Part shown: positions 59,730 through 64,000 of the stretch, one piece after another
How positions within the stretch are numbered: position 1 is the stretch's first letter
Layout of the letters: every line of letters begins with the position of its first letter
DNA from: an uncultured delta proteobacterium
GTDB lineage: Bacteria; Myxococcota_A; Polyangia; Fen-1088
NCBI GenBank assembly: GCA_963796685.1
Contig: CAWCMR010000025.1
Coordinates: 1,056,001-1,120,000, forward strand
Direction of reading: 5' to 3'
DNA: 64,000 bases
The notes under the pieces: generated by a model
Databases searched by the model: none
Told to the model about the DNA's origin: nothing
Seen by the model: the letters and a program-made list of their open reading frames with translations, nothing else
Program-made: the position numbers and the translations under genes

Positions 59730-61133
59730 TTACTGTGATGCCTGGAATAGGAATGGGTAGACGACATCGACCGATCCGCCAGACGGTGCCGGGAAGCGCC
59801 AACGGCTGACCAGTCCCTTGATGCATGAGGCCACTTCGTTGTCGCCCATGCTGTCCTCTTCGATTTCGACCGCCGAAACCGTTCCGGCCGCGGTAATCGT
59901 CCAACGCACCTTGACCTTGCCGCTGAGGTTGGGATTGCGCTTCAGGGCGCGCTCGTAGCAGGCCTTGATGGCGCCGATTCTCGTCCGCACCTCTTTCGAA
60001 ACCAGGGACGGATCGAGCTCCCCGTCCACGGCCGGGGCCTCGCTCTTGACGATGCCGGTGATGCGCTTTTCCGTCAGGCCGGCGCCGGTGTTGCCGCCCG
60101 CGATGGCTCCTGCGCCGCGCAGGCCCGAGATGTTGGCGACCTTGCCCGAGCCACCGGTTCCCGTCTTCACGCCGCGCAGAGCCGCGTCGCCGGTGGCCAC
60201 GGTCAGACCGCCCACGCCTTGAAACGCCTTCTCCTGATCCCGATCCACGTCGCCCTTGCCCAGCACGTCCGCGATGGAGCCGGAGCCGTCCGCCTTGGCG
60301 CCAAGAAGCTTGAGGATGCCGGTGTTGCGAACCTGCTCGGCCAGCCGGGCCCGGCGCTCGGCATCGAGCCGCGCCTTCTCCTCGGGCGAGATCTCTTTCT
60401 TGGGCGCCTTGTTCGCCGAGCTGTTCGACGCGACCTTCTTCTCGGGCTTCTTCTCGTCGGCCTTGTTGTCGTCCTTGTTCGCGGTCTCCTTGGGCGGCTC
60501 GGGCGGCTTGGCCTTGACGATCATCTGCACGAAGCGGTCGGGGATCTCTTCGAGGTCCGGCTTGCGCGGCCAATCCACGCTGCGCAGGTAGATGACGAAA
60601 ATCAGGTGGGCCAGAAAGGATCCCGACGCGATGGCCGTGTACACCCAGTCCATGCCGGTGAAGAACGATCCGCGCACCGAGGCAGGAAGCTGGGGCCGCG
60701 GTTGCGGCGGAGGCGGCGTGACGAACTGGAAAAGGATGCTCAGATCCCCGATGGTGACCTTGCCGCGGGAGCGCTCGTCGAGCAGGTAGCGCGAGCTTGG
60801 TCCTTGCTTGCGCAGGCGCCCGGCGTGCTTGAGCTGGGCCAGGGAAACGACCTCGTTGCCCACCGCGATGCGCGCATCCATGGCGTCGGCGAAGTGCGCG
60901 ATGTAGCCGCGCGGATTGGCCTCGAACAGCAGCCATTGCTTGGGCAAGGTCTCGGAGGGAACGGTGAAGGTGGCTTTGGACGACCAGCCTATGCTGATGT
61001 TCTCGCGCTTGCGGATCAGACGTTCCTCGACGATGCGGCCACCCTGGACGATACCGATGCGTAGAATGCGGGAAGACTTCGGGGCGGTAGGTCCGACCTT
61101 CTTCGGGGGTAAAGCCGCTTTCTGGGTAGCCAT
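59730..61133 (-). CDS. gltG: GltG/NfsG-like TonB/TolA-type protein (AgmX/PglI C-terminal domain)
   Basis: N-terminal cytoplasmic domain, single TM, Gly/Lys linker, IKACYERAL..LSGKV..WRFPAP..YPF.F; follows gltF-like gene. Confidence 0.75.
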   Translation of the reverse strand: MATQKAALPPKKVGPTAPKSSRILRIGIVQGGRIVEERLIRKRENISIGWSSKATFTVPSETLPKQWLLFEANPRGYIAHFADAMDARIAVGNEVVSLAQLKHAGRLRKQGPSSRYLLDERSRGKVTIGDLSILFQFVTPPPPQPRPQLPASVRGSFFTGMDWVYTAIASGSFLAHLIFVIYLRSVDWPRKPDLEEIPDRFVQMIVKAKPPEPPKETANKDDNKADEKKPEKKVASNSSANKAPKKEISPEEKARLDAERRARLAEQVRNTGILKLLGAKADGSGSIADVLGKGDVDRDQEKAFQGVGGLTVATGDAALRGVKTGTGGSGKVANISGLRGAGAIAGGNTGAGLTEKRITGIVKSEAPAVDGELDPSLVSKEVRTRIGAIKACYERALKRNPNLSGKVKVRWTITAAGTVSAVEIEEDSMGDNEVASCIKGLVSRWRFPAPSGGSVDVVYPFLFQASQ

Positions 61134-61159
61134 GGAATCGTTCCCTTTGGTTAGTCCGC

Positions 61160-61600
61160 TTAGAACGGCGCTTTCGTCACGCTGTCCAAGATCTTGGGCA
61201 CGAACTCCTGCTTCAGCTCGTGCCAGTCGTAGTTGATGCTGGATTTCTGAAGCACGTAGAATGCTTCGGGTTTCTGGATTTTGCCCTCGATCACGATCTC
61301 GCCCTCGATCTTGTAGATTTTCCTTCCGCCGGCGCCGCGTTCGACCTTGACCTTGGCCGGCTCGGCGTCGGCGGCCTCTTTCGCGGCCGGTGCCGACTCG
61401 GCCTTGGTGGGCTCGGCCTTGACCGGAATCTCCTCGGCCTTGACCGGGATTTCCGCGGCCTTGACCGGAGCTTCTGCGGAGGCCTTCTTCTTCCCTTGGG
61501 CGTGAGCAACGGGCAAGAAGAACAGTGAGACGAGCAAAGAGATGAGCAGGCCCGTGGTGACGGGCAGGAATCGGTGCTTGTGCGAAGAATGGATCGTCAT
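61160..61600 (-). CDS. gltF: GltF-like small secreted protein
   Basis: Signal peptide, C-terminal IEGKIQKPEAFYVL..FVPKILDSV..PF; synteny with gltE and gltG. Confidence 0.65.
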   Translation of the reverse strand: MTIHSSHKHRFLPVTTGLLISLLVSLFFLPVAHAQGKKKASAEAPVKAAEIPVKAEEIPVKAEPTKAESAPAAKEAADAEPAKVKVERGAGGRKIYKIEGEIVIEGKIQKPEAFYVLQKSSINYDWHELKQEFVPKILDSVTKAPF

Positions 61601-62775
61601 GGCCGCCTCTGGGCTGGGGCTGCCGGCCAGCCCGGTGGTGGCGTCGCACCTGGCGCCGCGGAAGCGGGTGCCGGAGCCGCCGGGTAGCCGGCAGGTGCGG
61701 GTGCCGCGGGGTAACCTGGGGCAGCCGGGTATCTGCCGGTTGCGGGCGCGGGCGCCGCCGGATAGCCGGGCGCGGGCGCGGGCGGATAGGCGGGCGCGGG
61801 CGCCGCCGGATAGGCGCCTTGGCCAGGAGGCCGCTTGGCGTCGTCGGCGGCCTTCTTGGCCGCGCGCTGGCGCTCGCGCTCTTCCTGCTTCTTCTGCCGT
61901 TCGATGCGCTTCTGCTCTTTATTGATCCCTTCTTGCGCCTCGCTGATATAGGCGTCCGCCTCGGGTGGCACCGGCTGTCCTGCGCTGACCAGCATCTGCC
62001 GATACTGCTGGAGGTAGGTGATGGCGGTGTTCAGCTTCGCCGTCGTATCCATGTTGGGCATCTTCTCGGCGTCGAGGTACAGGATGCCCAGGTTGAAGAC
62101 CGCATCGGCGTAGCGCGGGAAGAGCGCCAGGGCCTGCTTGTATTCGGCCAGCGCCTTGTCGTACTGCTTGACGCCCCGGAAGGCGCTGCCCAGGTTGAGG
62201 TGCGCCTTGGTGAAGGTGGGTTGCAGTTGGACGGCTCTCTGCAGCACCGGTCCCGCCTCGCGGTAGTTCTTGACCACCAGGTACTCGGCCCCGAGGTTGT
62301 TCCACAAGATGGCGTTGTCGGGCCTGGCCTCGGCGGCCTTCCTGAATTGCTCGATGGCGCCGGAGGTGTTCTTCTTGTCGATCTCCATGAAGCCCTGCAT
62401 CTCGTAGATGTCCGAGCGCTCGGCCTCGCTGGCGCCCGCGTTCTTCATCATGTCGCCCAGGGTCTTGACCCACTCGTTCTTGCCCATCTTGAAATAGGCC
62501 TTGGCCATGACCAGCATGGCCGGGGTGTAGCGCTCGTTCTTGTTCAGCGCGGCCTTGGCCTGGATGACGGCGCCCTGGTAGTTGCGCGCCTCGTAGAGCT
62601 TCTGCGCGGCCTTGACCTCGGCGGTGGGGATCACCGCCGGCGGGGGCTGGCGCCGCTTGTGCACGCCCGGCGCGGTCGCGTCTTGCGCCCCGGCCAGAAC
62701 CGGCCACGCCAGGCTGACCGTAAGAGCCAGGGCGGGAAGGGCACGGCGCATGATCGTCATCCTGGTGGCCATCAC
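61597..62775 (-). CDS. gltE: GltE/AglT-like TPR protein with YPAAPAPA-repeat tail
   Basis: Signal peptide, NNLG/LNLG/FNLGILY TPRs; synteny. Confidence 0.7.
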   Translation of the reverse strand: MMATRMTIMRRALPALALTVSLAWPVLAGAQDATAPGVHKRRQPPPAVIPTAEVKAAQKLYEARNYQGAVIQAKAALNKNERYTPAMLVMAKAYFKMGKNEWVKTLGDMMKNAGASEAERSDIYEMQGFMEIDKKNTSGAIEQFRKAAEARPDNAILWNNLGAEYLVVKNYREAGPVLQRAVQLQPTFTKAHLNLGSAFRGVKQYDKALAEYKQALALFPRYADAVFNLGILYLDAEKMPNMDTTAKLNTAITYLQQYRQMLVSAGQPVPPEADAYISEAQEGINKEQKRIERQKKQEERERQRAAKKAADDAKRPPGQGAYPAAPAPAYPPAPAPGYPAAPAPATGRYPAAPGYPAAPAPAGYPAAPAPASAAPGATPPPGWPAAPAQRRP

Positions 62776-64000
62776 GGGTACTCCAGCCCGATGCGTTCAT
62801 CCTTGATGAAGGGGAACTCGTCGGGCAGGTACTTCGACAGGTTCTCCCTCGCCTTCTTCACGTATTCGTTGGTCACGCCGAGATCGGCCGCCCGGTCGAG
62901 CGTCGCCTTCCATTGCTTCTTGGCCTCGTCCTCGACGGGCGTGACGAACTGGTAGATGGCGTCCTTGTACTGGCTCTCGGCCACGCCGCACAAATCGGGA
63001 TCGGCCTTACACGCCTTCTTGGACAGCTTCTTGACTTCCTCGGGCGGATTGTCCGCGGCCTTGATCAGCTTCTGCGCGAACTCGTAGAAGATGTCGCCGC
63101 GGCGGAGGAACGAGGCCAAGGTCCAGTTGGCGTCCTTGTAGTCCCAGATCTTGGCGTACTCGTCTTCCAGCTCCTTGGCTTCGGCGGTGAACGCGTCGAA
63201 CACCTTGCGCACCTGCTTGGGGTCGCTGGTGAAGTGCAGGGTCTTGGCCTGGAAGGCCTTGAACTTGTCTTCGAGGATGAGGTAGTCGGCCTTGGCAGCA
63301 GCCGCGGCGGCCGGGGTCGCCGCCGGTAGGTTCCGCGCGATGAACTCGTCGCGCACCTTCTTGTAGGCGGCCAGGACCGCGCGCTTGTCGCGCCCCTGCT
63401 CGGCCAGGGTGGCGAGCTGAAGGTAGGCCTTGACCACGTACTCGCCAGCGCCGTCCTGCTTGCCGTAGCGCTTGATGAGCTCGTGCAGACACGACACCTG
63501 CTTGGCGGTGTCCATGGCCTTTTCATACGCCGTGCAGGCAAAGGAGAAGGCCTGCGCGGACTCGGTCGGCTTGTCGGAGATGTTGGTGGAGTACTTCTTG
63601 TACAAATCCGCCGCGCGTTCGTACTGCTGATCGTTGTCGAGCAGTTGGGCCGCGATCCCCAGGGCCTCTTTGCGATGCTCGTAGTTCGCGAACCTGGGAT
63701 CCGTGGCTACCTTGAGATAGCCGGTCACGGCCTTCTCGAACTCGAAGAAGCGGTACTCGTTGCGGGCCGCGTTCCACACCGCGTCCTTGGCCAGCGGCGT
63801 GTCCGGGTAGTCGTGCGCCAGGCGGTCGTAGCACTTGGTGGCCTCGCCGTACTTGAAGATCTTTTCGTAGATCACGCAGGCGTTGTTGAGGTTGCTCGGC
63901 GCATCCTGATCCTTGGGATTGGCGGCGACGAGATCCATCAGGTCCAGGGCCAGGCCTTCGTCGAGCTCGGTTCCCGTCTTGCTGCGCGGCTGCGCCCCGG
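62772..64000 (-). CDS. gltD: GltD/AgmU-like large TPR protein (5' part beyond window)
   Basis: TPR helices; C-terminal PVEDEAK..NEY..ARENL..Y.PDEFP typical of GltD; frame open to the window edge. Confidence 0.7.
   Translation of the reverse strand, partial: GAQPRSKTGTELDEGLALDLMDLVAANPKDQDAPSNLNNACVIYEKIFKYGEATKCYDRLAHDYPDTPLAKDAVWNAARNEYRFFEFEKAVTGYLKVATDPRFANYEHRKEALGIAAQLLDNDQQYERAADLYKKYSTNISDKPTESAQAFSFACTAYEKAMDTAKQVSCLHELIKRYGKQDGAGEYVVKAYLQLATLAEQGRDKRAVLAAYKKVRDEFIARNLPAATPAAAAAAKADYLILEDKFKAFQAKTLHFTSDPKQVRKVFDAFTAEAKELEDEYAKIWDYKDANWTLASFLRRGDIFYEFAQKLIKAADNPPEEVKKLSKKACKADPDLCGVAESQYKDAIYQFVTPVEDEAKKQWKATLDRAADLGVTNEYVKKARENLSKYLPDEFPFIKDERIGLEYP

Overview
GC-rich bacterial DNA, most likely Myxococcota (TIGR02266/PilZ gene, gltD-E-F-G-like gliding cluster, short OPX plus beta-barrel). 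Most of the window (about 2.5-59 kb) is a large mosaic Wzx/Wzy polysaccharide locus: OPX, Wzy/O-antigen-ligase-TPR, WecA, Wzc, AsnB, acyltransferase, Wzx, CDP-sugar/C-methyl-sugar genes, many glycosyl- and methyltransferases, wbpD/E/B and an OM beta-barrel. The gaps between core genes hold TA pairs, Uma2 nucleases and decaying AAA-DUF4143 genes next to palindromic repeats. The most notable non-coding structure is a nested repeat system. (i) A BoxC-like palindrome (CCCCTCACCC..CCCTCTCCCCGC..GCGGGGCGAGGGG) lies beside a DUF559 nuclease and is amplified into 75-, 102- and 37-bp tandem arrays. (ii) An IS110 element missed by the ORF track has a left end that reads as an IS621-like bridge RNA with target guides matching this repeat (GCCCCT|CACCC). 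(iii) A 140-bp orphan copy of that left end sits in the same target at 53.4 kb and stops exactly at its own guide sequence. (iv) A MITE with IS1182-type ends carries a repeat doublet. Several single-base frameshifts look like long-read consensus errors. All product calls come from motif recognition by eye, with no database searches.
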